Below, one piece after another: positions 23,327 through 35,730 of a stretch of 64,000 bases of DNA. Every line of letters starts with the position of its first letter. Positions within the stretch are counted from its first letter, which is position 1. The stretch covers positions 1,240,001 through 1,304,000 of the forward strand of contig JAPDFW010000070.1 in NCBI GenBank assembly GCA_028826165.1, written 5' to 3'. The DNA comes from Anaeramoeba ignava BMAN (lineage: Eukaryota; Protista; Anaeramoebae). Position numbers and translations under genes: made by a program. The notes beneath the pieces were generated by a model that searched no databases, was not told the DNA's origin, and was given only the letters and a program-made list of their open reading frames with translations.

Positions 23327-26300
23327 ATGAATATTTGGGAAATTATTTTAGAAAATAATATTGAAAAATTAAAACAAATTAAAAATATTTCTAAAAATCA
23401 ATTAAAAGAAAGAAAAAAAGGAAAAACAATTTTACATTTTGCAATTAAAAAAAAAGTTTCATTTGAAATTATTGAATATTTAATTTCCAAAGGAGTTGAT
23501 ATTAATTCAAAAACAAATAAAAATGAAACAGTTTTGCATTTTGCTTGTCAATCAAATTCAAAAGAAGTTATTGAATATTTAATTTCAAAAGGAGTTGATA
23601 TTAATGTAAAAACAAAACAGAATGAAACAATGTTACATTTTGCTTGTCAATCAAATTCACTTGAAGTTATTGAATATTTAATTTCAAAAGGAGTTGATAT
23701 TAATTCAAAAACAAATAAAAACGAAACAGTTTTACATTTTGCTTGTCAATCTAATTCAAAAGAAATTATTGAATATTTAATTTCAAAAGGTCTTGATATT
23801 AATTCAAAAACAAAACAGAATGAAACAGTTTTACATTTTGCTTGTCAATCAAATTCAAAAGAAGTTATTGAATATTTAATTTCAAAAGGAGTTGATATTA
23901 ATTCAAAAACAAAACAGAATGAAACAGTTTTACATTATGCTTGTCAATCAAATTCAAAAGAAATTATTGAATATTTAATTTCAAAAGGTGTTGATATTAA
24001 TGTAAAAACAGAGAAAAATAAAACAGTTTTACATTATGCTTGTCAATCTAATTCAAAAGAAATTATTGAATATTTAATTTCAAAAGGTGTTGATATTAAT
24101 GTAAAAACAAAACAGAATGAAACAGCTTTACATTTTGCTTGTCAATCTAATTCAATAGAAGTTATTGAATATTTAATTTCAAAAGGTGTTGATATTAATG
24201 CAAAAACAAATAAAAATGAAACAGTTTTACATTTTGAATGTCAATTTAATTTCAAAAGGTCTTGATATTAATGCAAAAACAAAGCAGAATGAAACAGTTT
24301 TACATTTTGCTTGTCAATCTAATTCAAAAGAAATTATTGAATATTTAATTTCAAAAGGTGTTGATATTAATGCAAAAACAAAGCAGAATAAAACAATTTT
24401 ACATTTTGCTTGTCAATCTAATTCAAAAGAAATTATTGAATATTTAATTTCAAAAGGAGTTGATATTAATGTAAAAACAAAACAGAATAAAACAGTTTTA
24501 CATTATGCTTGCCAATATAACTCCAAACAAAATATAAAAAGAAACACAATGTTACATTATTATTTTTATGCAATTTCAAAAGGTGTTGATATTAATTCAA
24601 AAACAAATAAAAATGAAACAGTTTTACATTTTGCTTGTCAATCAAATTCAAAAGAAGTTATTGAATATTTAATTTCCAAAGGAGTTGATATTAATTCAAA
24701 AACAAAACAGAATAAAACAATTTTACATTTTGCAATTAAAAAAAAAGTTTCATTTGAAGTTATTGAATATTTAATTTCAAAAGGTGTTGATATTAATGCG
24801 AAAACAAAACAGAATGAAACAGTTTTACATTATGCTTGTCAATCTAATTCAGTTGAAATTATTGAATATTTAATTTCCAAAGGTCTTGATATTAATGCAA
24901 AAACAAAACAAAATGAAACAGTTTTACATTTTGCTTGTCAATCGGTCTTGATATTAATTCAAAAACAAAACAAAATGAAACAGTTTTACATTTTGCTTAC
25001 AAAACAAAACAGAATGAAACAGTTTTACATTTTGCTTGTCAATCTAATTCAAGAAGTTATTGAATATTTAATTTCAAAAGGTCTTGATATTAATTCAAAA
25101 AAATTATTGAATATTTAATTTCAAAAGGAGTTGATATTAATTCAAAAACAAAATATAAAAGAAACACAATGTTACATTATGCTTGTCAATATAATTCAAT
25201 AGAAGTTATTGAATATTTAATTTCAAAAGGTGTTGATATTAATTCAAAAACAAATAAAAATGAAACAGTTTTGCATTTTGCTTGTCAATCAAATTCAAAA
25301 GAAATTATTGAATATTTAATTTCAAAAGGTGTTGATATTAATGTAAAAACAGAGAAAAATAAAACAGTTTTACATTATGCTTGTCAATCTAATTCAAAAG
25401 AAGTTATTGAATATTTAATTTCAAAAGGTGTTGATATTAATGTAAAAACTAAAGCACTTTTTTTCTTTTCTCAAATTCAGTTGAAGTTATTGAATATTTA
25501 ATTTCAAAAGGAGCTGATATTAATTCAAAAACAGAGAATAATGAAACAGTTATTACATATTTCATTTCCAAAGGAGTTGATATTAATGCAAAAACAATTC
25601 GAAATGAAACAGTTTTACATTATGCTTGTCAATCTAATTCAATAGAAGTTATTGAATATTTAATTTCAAAAGGAGTTGATACTAATTCAAAAACAAAACA
25701 GAATGAAACACTTTTACATTTTGCTTGTCAATCTAATTCAGTTGAAGTTATTGAATATTTAATTTCAAAAGGACTTGATATTAATGCAAAAACAAAATAT
25801 GAAAGAAAAACAATGTTACATTATGCTTGTCAATCAAATTCAATTGAAATTATTGAATATTTAATTTCCAAAGGAGTTAATATTAATGCAAAAACAATTA
25901 GAAATGAAACAGTTTTACATTATGTTTGTCAAAGAAACAATTTTCAAATTGTTAAATTTCTTGTTGAAAAAGGTGCTAATATTAATACAAAAACTGATGA
26001 AAATCTAAATGCTTTACATTATGCTTGTAGAAACAAAAATACATTTGAAACAATAAAATATCTAATTGAGAAAGGAATTGATATTAATGCAAAAACTGAT
26101 GAAAATCTAAATGCTTTACATTATGCTTGTAGAAACAAAAATACATTTGAAGTTATTGAATATTTAATTTCAAAAGGAATTGATATTAATGCAAAAACAA
26201 CTCAAAATGAAAATGCTTTACATTTTGTTTGCAGAAATAATTTATCATTTGGAATGAAAAAATGAAATTATGAATTAATCAAATTTTTATTAATGAATGA

Positions 26301-27095
26301 TGTAATTATTTTCTCAAATTTATTCAATTAATGAAGATATGAATAATTTATTAAAATCAAATCAATTTTCAGATTTAACAATTCAATCAAATGATTATTC
26401 AAATTTTTTGTTCATAAATTAATTCTTTTAACAAGATTTGATAATAATGAATCAATTTTACAAAAATTTATAAATATTTGTTATAAAAAATCAAAAGAAG
26501 ATATTCAATTTATTTTAAATTTTATTTATACAGGATTTATTGATTTTGAAAAACTTAAAAAAACAATTTATCAAAATTCAAAATCAAAATCAAAATCAAA
26601 ATGAAAATCAAAAAATTCAAAATCAAAATCAAATTGAAAATATTGAAAAATTAAAAACAAAAATCAAAAATAAAAGAATTTTTAAAAGAAATTGAAATTA
26701 AAAAAGAATGGATTAAAAGAAAAAAAGGAAGAAAAGGAATAATAAAAGATTTATCAAAATTATATGAAAAAGAAGAAACAAAAAATTTCAAAATAATTTG
26801 TTCAAATGAAAAAGAAATTAAAGTTCATAAATTAATATTAATAATAAGAAGTGAATTATTTAAAGCAATGTTTGAATTAAATATTCAAGATTCAACAAAT
26901 CAAGTTCATGATTATTCTAAAAAAAGAAATGAAACAATTCAACAATTTATTTATTTTCTTTATCATGATGAATTTAAAATTGAAATTAATAAGAATAAAA
27001 ATTATGAAGAAATTAATGAAGAACTTGAAGATATTAAAGATTATTTCCAATTAAATCCAAATTCAATTATTGATTTAATTTTAAACAAAATTTAA
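23327..27095 (+). CDS. Ankyrin-repeat + tandem BTB/POZ protein, copy 1 (heavily frameshifted: assembly error or pseudogene)
   Basis: Same N-cap MNIWEIILENN and C-terminus ...IIDLILNKI as copies 2 and 3; roughly 25-30 99-bp ankyrin units with many indels. Confidence 0.75.
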
Positions 27096-27162
27096 TCAAA
27101 AAATTTTTTTTTTTCATTTTTTTCATTTTTCATTTTTCATTTTTTTTCAATAAAAAATAAAA

Positions 27163-30100
27163 ATGAATATTTGGGAAATTATTTTAGAAAATAATATTGA
27201 AAAATTAAAACAAATTAAAAATATTTCTAAAAATAAATTAAAAGAAAGAAAAAAAGGAAAAACAATTTTACATTTTGCAATTAAAAAAAAAGTTTCAAAA
27301 GAAATTATTGAATATTTAATTTCAAAAGGAGTTGATATTAATGCAAAAACAAATAAAAAAGAAACAGTTTTACATTATGCTTGTCAATCAAATTCAAAAG
27401 AAATTATTGAATATTTAATTTCAAAAGGAGTTGATATTAATGCGAAAACAAATAAAAATGAAACAGTTTTACATTTTGCTTGTCAATCAAATTCAATTGA
27501 AATTATTGAATATTTAATTTCAAAAGACTTGATATTAATGCAAAAACAATTAAAAATAAAACAGTTTTACATTTTGCTTGTCAATCAAATTCACTTGAAG
27601 TTATTGAATATTTAATTTCAAAAGATTTTGATATTAATTCAAAAACAGATATAAATGAAACAGTTTTACATTATGCTTGTCAATCAAATTCAATTGAAGT
27701 TATTGAATATTTAATTTCCAAAGGACTTAATATTAATTCAAAAACAAAATATGAAAAAAAATTCAGTTGAAGTTATTGAATATTTAATTTCAAAAGGACT
27801 TAATATTAATGCAAAAACAATATATTTGCATCTATTACCTCTACATATTGCTTGTCAAAAGAATTCAATTGAAGTTATTGAATATTTAATTTCCAAAGGA
27901 GCTGATATTAATGCGAAAACAAAACAGAATGAAACAATTTTACATTATGCTTGTCAAAATAATTCAATAGAAGTTATTGAATATTTAATTTCAAAAGGAG
28001 CTGATATTAATGCAAAAACAAAACGAAATCAAACAATTTTACATTATGCTTGTCAATCTAATTCAATTAAAGTTATTGAATATTTAATTTCAAAAGGACT
28101 TAATATTAATGCAAAAACAATAGGAAATCAAACCCTTTTACATTATGCTTGCCGAACTAATACATTTGAAGTAATAAAATTTCTTGTCGAAAAAGGAATT
28201 AATATACATGAAAAAATAAGATCTGAAAATCGAACAACTCTACATTTTGCTTGCCAAAATAACAATTTATCGATTGAAATTATTGAATATTTAATTTCCA
28301 AAGGAGCTGATATTAATTCAAAAACAAAATATCAAAAAAAGACACCTTTTCATATCATTTGTGAAAATAATTCAACACTTGAAATGATCGAGTTTATGAT
28401 TGAGAATGGAGCTGATATTAATGCAAAAACAAAACAAAATCAAACAGTTTTACATTATGCTTGTCAATCTAATTCAAAAGAAATTATTGAATATTTAATT
28501 GAGAAAGGACTTGATATTAATGCAAAAACAAATGATGATGAAACAATTTTACATTTTGCTTGCAGAAAAAATTCAGTTGAAATTATTGAATATTTAATTT
28601 CAAAAGGTGTTGATATTAATGCAAAAACAAAACAAAATCGAACAGTTTTACATTATGCTTGTCAATATGAAAATACACTTGAAATTATTGAATATTTAAT
28701 TTCAAAAGGTGTTGATATTAATGCAAAAACAAAAAAAAATGAAACAGCTTTACATTATGCTTGCAGAAAAAAATCTTTTGAAATTATTAAATTCCTAGTT
28801 GAAAAAGGAATTGATATTAATATCAAATCTAGATATCAACTCCATACAGCTTTACATATTGCTTGTGAAACTAATAATTCACCCAAAGTCATTGAATATT
28901 TAATTTCAAAAGGAGCTGATATTAATGCGAAAGCTGATAGAGATATAACACCTTTACATTATGCTTGCCAAAAAAGTTCAAAAGAAGTTATTGAATATTT
29001 AATTTCCAATGGAGCTGATATTAAGGCAAAAACAGATACTAATCAAACATCTTTGCATTTTGCTTGTAGATTGAATTCGATTGAAATTATTAAATATTTA
29101 ATTTCCAAAGGAGCTGATGTGAATGAAAAAACAAATCAAAATGAAACAGTTTTACACATTTCTTGCCAAAATACTCCTACATTTGAAATTATTGAATATT
29201 TAATTTTCAATGGAGTTGATATTAATGCAAAAACAGATATAAATGAAACAGCTTTACATTTTGCTTGTAGATATTTATCAATTGAAATTATAAGATATCT
29301 TGTTGAAAAAGGTCTTGATATTAATGCAAAAACAATATATGATCAAAATCCTTTGGAACTTGCTTGTCAAAATCAACATTTATCTCTTGAAATTATTAAA
29401 TGTTTAATTGAAAACGGTGCTGATATTAATACAAAGACGAAACAGAATAAAAACGCACTACATTTTGCTTGTCAAAATTCGAGTTTAAAACCTGAAATTA
29501 TTGAATATTTGATTTCAAAAGGAATTGATATTAATGCAAAAACAGATGAAAATAAAACCGCTTTATACTTGGCATGTAGATATGATTTATCATTTGAAGT
29601 TATTGAATATCTAATTGAAAATGGTGCTGATATTAATGCAAAAACAAATAGAAATGAATCAATTTTACACATCTCATGTTTACATATATCTTCATTTGAA
29701 ACAATAAAATATCTAATTGAGAAAGGAATTGATATTAATGCAAAAACTGATGAAAATCTAAATGCTTTACATTATGCTTGTAGAAACAAAAATACATTTA
29801 AAGTTATTGAATATTTAGTTGAGAAAGGAGTTGATATTAATGCAAAAACAAATCAAAATGAAAATGCTTTACATTTTGTTTGCAGAAATAATTTATCATT
29901 TGAAATAAGTGAATATTTAATTTCAAAAGGAATTGATATTAATGCAAAAACAAATAGTGGAATGAGTGTACTTTCATTAGCAATAAAAAAACAAAATTAT
30001 GAATTAATCAAAATTTTATTAATGAATGATGTGAATGTTTTTGATTTGAAATTAAATGAAATTACAAATGAATTTATCAAATTATTTTCTCAAATTTATT

Positions 30101-30972
30101 CAATTAATGAAGATATGAATAATTTATTAAAATCAAATCAATTTTCAGATTTAACAATTCAATCAAATGATTATTCCAAATTTTTTGTTCATAAATTAAT
30201 TCTTTTAATAAGATTTGATAATAATGAATCAATTTTACAAAAATTTATAAATATTTGTTATAAAAAATCAAAAGAAGATATTCAATTTATTTTAAATTTT
30301 ATTTATACAGGATTTATTGATTTTGAAAAACTTAAAAACAATTTATCAATTAATCAAAATCAAAATCAAAATCAAATTCAAATTCAAAATCTAAATCTAA
30401 ATCAAAATCAAAATCAAAATCAAATTCAAAATCAAAATCAAAATCAAAATCAAAATAAAATTCAAAATCAAAATCAAAATCAAAATCAAAATATTGAAGA
30501 ATACCAAAATGAATATTTAAATGAATTAAAAACAAAAAAATCAAAAATAAAAGAATTTTTAAAAGAAATTGAAATTAAAAAAGAATGGATTAAAAGAAAA
30601 AAAGGAAGAAAAGGAATAATAAAAGATTTATCAAAATTATATGAAAAAGAAGAAACAAAAAATTTCAAAATAATTTGTTCAAATGAAAAAGAAATTAAAG
30701 TTCATAAATTAATATTAATAATAAGAAGTGAATTATTTAAAGCAATGTTTGAATTAAATATTCAAGATTCAACAAATCAAGTTCATGATTATTCTAAAAA
30801 AAGAAATGAAACAATTCAACAATTTATTTATTTTCTTTATCATGATGAATTTAAAATTGAAATTAATAAGAATAAAAATTATGAAGAAATTAATGAAGAA
30901 CTTGAAGATATTAAAGATTATTTCCAATTAAATCCAAATTCAATTATTGATTTAATTTTAAACAAAATTTAA
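27163..30972 (+). CDS. Ankyrin-repeat (~27) + tandem BTB/POZ protein, copy 2 (frameshifts ~27525-27760)
   Basis: 33-aa repeats TxLHxAC...EYLISKGxDINAKT; BTB-like FSDLTI..FFVHKLILL.R and NFKIIC..EIKVHKLILIIRSELFKAMF. Confidence 0.9.
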
Positions 30973-31038
30973 TCAATAAATTTTTTTTTCATTTTTCATT
31001 TTTCATTTTTCATTTTTCATTTAAAAATAAAAATAAAA

Positions 31039-33504
31039 ATGAATATTTGGGAAATTATTTTAGAAAATAATATTGAAAAATTAAAACAAATTAAAAATAT
31101 TTCTAAAAATCAATTAAAAGAAAGAAAAAAAGGAAAAACAATTTTACATTTTGCAATTAAAAAAAAAGTTTCATTTGAAATTATTGAATATTTAATTTCC
31201 AAAGGAGCTGATATTAATGCAAAAATAGAATATGAAAGAAAAACAGTTTTACATTTTGCTTGTCAATCAAATTCAGTTGAAGTTATTGAATATTTAATTT
31301 CAAAAGGTCTTGATATTAATGCAAAAACAAAATATGAAAGAAAAACAATGTTACATTATGCTTGTCAATCAAATTCAATTGAAATTATTGAATATTTAAT
31401 TTCAAAAGGAGTTTATATTAATGCAAAAACAATTCGAAATGAAACAGTTTTACATTATGCTTGTCAATCAAATTCAATTGAAATTATTGAATATTTAATT
31501 TCAAAAGGAGTTGATATTAATTCAAAAACAGACCGAGATGAAACAGTTTTACATTATGCTTGTAAATCAAATTCAAAAGAAATTATTAAATATTTAATTG
31601 AGAAAGGACTTGATATTAATGCAAAAACAAAATGGAATGAAACAGTTTTACATTTTGCTTGCCAATCAAATTCAAAAGAAATTATTGAATATTTAATTTC
31701 AAAAGGAGTTGATATTAATGCAAAAAATGCTCAAAATAAAACAGTTTTACATTTTGCTTGTCAATCAAATTCAATAGAAGTTATTGAATATTTAATTTCA
31801 AAAGGTCTTGATATTAATGCAAAAGCAAACCGAAATGAAACAGTTTTACATTATGCTTGCCAATCTAATTCAATTAAAGTTATTGAATATTTAATTTCAA
31901 AAGGAGTTGATATTAATGCAAAAACAAGACAATATGAAACAATTTTACATTATGCTTGTCAAAGAAATTCAAAAGAAATTATTGAATATTTAATTTCAAA
32001 AGGAGTTGATATTAATGCAAAAACAGATAGTCATCAAACAGCTTTACATTATGCTTGCAGAAAAAATTCAATAGAAGTTATTGAATATTTAGTTTCAAAA
32101 GGTTTTGATATTAATGCAAAAACAAAAAAGCTTTTTACCTTTTCTCGAGGAAATCAAACACCGTTACATTTTGCTTGTCAATCTAATTCAGTTGAAGTTA
32201 TTGAATATTTAATTTCAAAAGGAGTTGATATTACTTCAAAAACAGATGATAATGAAACAGTTTTACATTTTGCTTGTGAAACAAATTCAATTAAAGTTAT
32301 TGAATATTTAATTTCCAAAGGAGTTGATATTAATGCAAAAACAAAAAAAAATCAAACAGTTTTACATTATGCTTGTCGATTGAATTTAGTTGAAGTTATT
32401 GAATATTTAATTTCCAAAGGAGTTGATATTAATGCAAAAACAATTCAAAATGAAAATGCTTTACATTTTGTTTGCAGAAATAATTTATCATTTGGAATAA
32501 GTGAATATTTAATTTCAAAAGGAATTGATATTAATGCAAAAATGAATGGTGGAATGAGTGTACTTTCATTAGCAATAAATAAACAAAATTATGAACTAAT
32601 CAAAATTTTATTAATGAATGATGTGAATGTTTTTGATTTGAAATTAAATGAAATTACAAATGAATTTATCAAATTATTTTCTCAAATTTATTCAATTAAT
32701 GAAGATATGAACAATTTATTAAAATCAAATCAATTTTCAGATTTAACAATTCAATCAAATGATTATTCCAAATTTTTTGTTCATAAATTAATTCTTTTAA
32801 CAAGATTTGATAACAATGAATCAATTTTACAAAAATTTATAAATATTTGTTATAAAAAATCAAAAGAAGATATTCAATTTATTTTAAATTTTATTTATAC
32901 AGGATTTATTGATTTTGAAAAACTTAAAAACAATTTATCAATTAATCAAAATCAAAATCAAAATCAAAATCAAATTCAAAATCAAAATAAAATTCAAAAT
33001 CAAAATCAAAATCAAATTGAAAATATTGAAGAATACCAAAACGAATATTTAAATGAATTAAAATCAAAAAAATCAAAAATAAAAGAATTTTTAAAAGAAA
33101 TTGAATTTAAAAAAGAATGGATTAAAATAAAAAAAGGAAGAAAAGGAATAATAAAAGATTTATCAAAATTATATGAAAAAGAAGAAACAAAAAATTTCAA
33201 AATAATTTGTTCAAATGAAAAAGAAATTAAAGTTCATAAATTAATATTAATAATAAGAAGTGAATTATTTAAAGCAATGTTTGAATTAAATATTCAAGAT
33301 TCAACAAATCAAGTTCATGATTATTCTAAAAAAAGAAATGAAACAATTCAACAATTTATTTATTTTCTTTATCATGATGAATTTAAAATTGAAACTAATA
33401 AGAATAAAAATTATGAAGAAATTAATGAAGAACTTGAAGATATTAAAGATTATTTCCAATTAAATCCAAATTCAATTATTGATTTAATTTTAAACAAAAT
33501 TTAA
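31039..33504 (+). CDS. Ankyrin-repeat (~15) + tandem BTB/POZ protein, copy 3 (intact, intronless, 821 aa)
   Basis: Single uninterrupted ORF with the same architecture as copy 2. Confidence 0.93.
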   Translation: MNIWEIILENNIEKLKQIKNISKNQLKERKKGKTILHFAIKKKVSFEIIEYLISKGADINAKIEYERKTVLHFACQSNSVEVIEYLISKGLDINAKTKYERKTMLHYACQSNSIEIIEYLISKGVYINAKTIRNETVLHYACQSNSIEIIEYLISKGVDINSKTDRDETVLHYACKSNSKEIIKYLIEKGLDINAKTKWNETVLHFACQSNSKEIIEYLISKGVDINAKNAQNKTVLHFACQSNSIEVIEYLISKGLDINAKANRNETVLHYACQSNSIKVIEYLISKGVDINAKTRQYETILHYACQRNSKEIIEYLISKGVDINAKTDSHQTALHYACRKNSIEVIEYLVSKGFDINAKTKKLFTFSRGNQTPLHFACQSNSVEVIEYLISKGVDITSKTDDNETVLHFACETNSIKVIEYLISKGVDINAKTKKNQTVLHYACRLNLVEVIEYLISKGVDINAKTIQNENALHFVCRNNLSFGISEYLISKGIDINAKMNGGMSVLSLAINKQNYELIKILLMNDVNVFDLKLNEITNEFIKLFSQIYSINEDMNNLLKSNQFSDLTIQSNDYSKFFVHKLILLTRFDNNESILQKFINICYKKSKEDIQFILNFIYTGFIDFEKLKNNLSINQNQNQNQNQIQNQNKIQNQNQNQIENIEEYQNEYLNELKSKKSKIKEFLKEIEFKKEWIKIKKGRKGIIKDLSKLYEKEETKNFKIICSNEKEIKVHKLILIIRSELFKAMFELNIQDSTNQVHDYSKKRNETIQQFIYFLYHDEFKIETNKNKNYEEINEELEDIKDYFQLNPNSIIDLILNKI

Positions 33505-33576
33505 TCAAAAAATTTTTTTTCATTTTTCATTTTTTTCATTTTTTTCAATTTTTTTCAATAAAAAATAAAAAAGAAA

Positions 33577-35706
33577 ATGTATAAAAAAAGATACAGAAAG
33601 AAAAAGAAAAGAGAAAATAGGGAAAATAAATATGAGATTTGTCGAGCTGCAGAAGTTGGAGATTATTCAAAAGTTGTGAAATTATTAAATGAAAATCATG
33701 ATCCAAATCAAAAAGATTCAGTAAAAAATAAATAAATGAAAATTGAATTATTGAAAACTTATTGAAAACTTATTTGAAAATTATTTAAAAATTTAGTTTG
33801 GAAGAACACCTCTTTATTATGCTTGTAGAAATGGATTTCTTAATATTGCAAAACTTGTTCATAAAAATGGAGCAACAATTGATAATTCAATTGATGGAGT
33901 TAAAAATTAAAATTAAAATTAAAAATCAAAATTAAAATTAATATTAAAATTAAAATTAAAATTAAAATTAAAATTAAAATTAAAATTAAAATTAAAATTA
34001 AAATTAAAATTAAAATTAAAATTAAAATTAAAATTAAAATTAAAATTAAAATCAAAATCAAAATCAAAATTAAAATTAAAATCAAAATCAAAATAAAAAT
34101 CAAAATTAAAATTAAAATTAAAATCAAAATCAAAATTAAAATTAAAATCAAAATCAAAATCAAAATTAAAATTAAAATTAAAATTAAAATCAAAATTAAA
34201 ATTAAAATTAAAATTAAAATCAAAATTAAAATTAAAATTAAAATTTAAATTAAAATTAGTCTGTAAAAATTCCTTTAAATTTTTTAATAAAATAAACCAA
34301 AATTCTTTTTATTGATGTAAAAATTTCTTTTATCTAGAAATTTACTGTTTTTCATGCAGCTTGTTATCATAATAGACCAGATACACTTAGATATGCTCTT
34401 AAATTAGAAGAGAAAGAATTGGATACTAAAACTAATATGTTTAGTGGAGATTTTGTAATTTAAAAAATAATAATAATAAAAGAATGAGAATAATTTAAAT
34501 TTTAATTAAATAAGTCTGTAACTTCATTTCTTAATTTTTGAGTTTATTTTTAGTATTGATTTTTTATTATATATTTAAATATAGAATCAAAATGCTTTTT
34601 CTTGGATGTATTCCCCAACTTTAGATTTATTAAAAGTTTTAGTAGATCGTTATGGAGAAATTGATTCATATTTTGTAAATAATATTAATTTTAATTTTGA
34701 TTTTAATTTTAATTTTAATTTTGATTTTAATTTAATTTTGATTTTTAATTTTAATTTTAATTATGATTTTGATTTTGATTTTGATTTTAATTTTGATTTT
34801 GATTTTGATTTTGATTTTGATTTTGATTTTGATTTTGATTTTTAATTTTAATTTTGATTTTGATTTTGATTTTAATTTTAATTTTAATTTTGATTTTGAT
34901 TTTGATTTTAATTTTTAATTTTAATTTTAATTTTGATTTTGATTTTGATTTTTAATTTTGATTTTGATTTTAATTTTGATTTTTGATTTTAATTTTAATT
35001 TTAATTTTAATTTTAATTTTAGAAATTATCAGATGAACAAAAAAAATCCCTTTCAGAATATCGAACTTCAACACTTTGTTCAGATTTTCTCACATTTTAC
35101 GAATCAAAAGAAGGAAGTGATATTCAAATCACAAACAAAATTTCTGTTCATAGTTTCATAATAAAATCAAGAATTCCAAAAGGAATGGAAACAATAGATA
35201 TTTTAAAACAACAAGAAGAAAAGATTTTGGATAATTTTTTTCAATGGGCATATGGAAAAGGAATCAAAGAATTGGATTCACATGATGAACTAAATTCTTT
35301 AGCAATTCTTTTAGGATTTTCAAATGGAATCATTGATTTAGTGAAAAAACAAAAAAGAAAAGGATTGATTCAAGATTTCCAAAAAATGAACAATGAAAAT
35401 ATCGAAAAAGATTTTATTATTCTTTGTGGAGATGATAAGATTCCTGTTCATAAACAAATGTTATGGGCAAGATCTAATTTATTTCGTGGAATGTTCTTGT
35501 CTGTTTCTGATGATTCTAATTCTGCTCCTGATTTTAGTGGAAGAAGTTGTCAAGCTATTAAAGTTTTCGTTCGATTTCTTTATGAAGATGAAATTGATCC
35601 AAAAACTCCAAAAAAAATTCTTCATGAATTATCTGATGCTGATGATTATTATCAATTATCAATTAATTCAGATTTTCAACAAAAACTTAAGAAAATTCTG
35701 AATTAA
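33577..35706 (+). CDS. Divergent ankyrin (~4 repeats) + tandem BTB protein; exons 33577-33720, 33797-33898, [34260-34262], 34338-34454, [34515-34517], 34585-34674, 35023-35706 (~380 aa)
   Basis: All introns are phase-0 GT-AG. Spliced product: ICRAAEVGD...KDS-FGRTPLYYAC...FTVFHAAC...; BTB motifs ISVHSFIIKSR and DFIILCGDDKIPVHKQMLWARSNLFRGMF. Confidence 0.85.
34260..34262 (+). other. Putative 3-nt microexon (TCT, Ser)
   Basis: Context taaaattAG|TCT|GTaaaaat; leaves a 75-nt downstream intron; restores DxxGxT-type ankyrin spacing. Confidence 0.7.
34515..34517 (+). other. Putative 3-nt microexon (TCT, Ser)
   Basis: Context aaataAG|TCT|GTaact; splits a 130-nt intron into 60 + 67 nt; restores ankyrin hairpin spacing. 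Confidence 0.65.
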
Positions 35707-35730
35707 TCAATTATTTCATATTTTTTTAAA

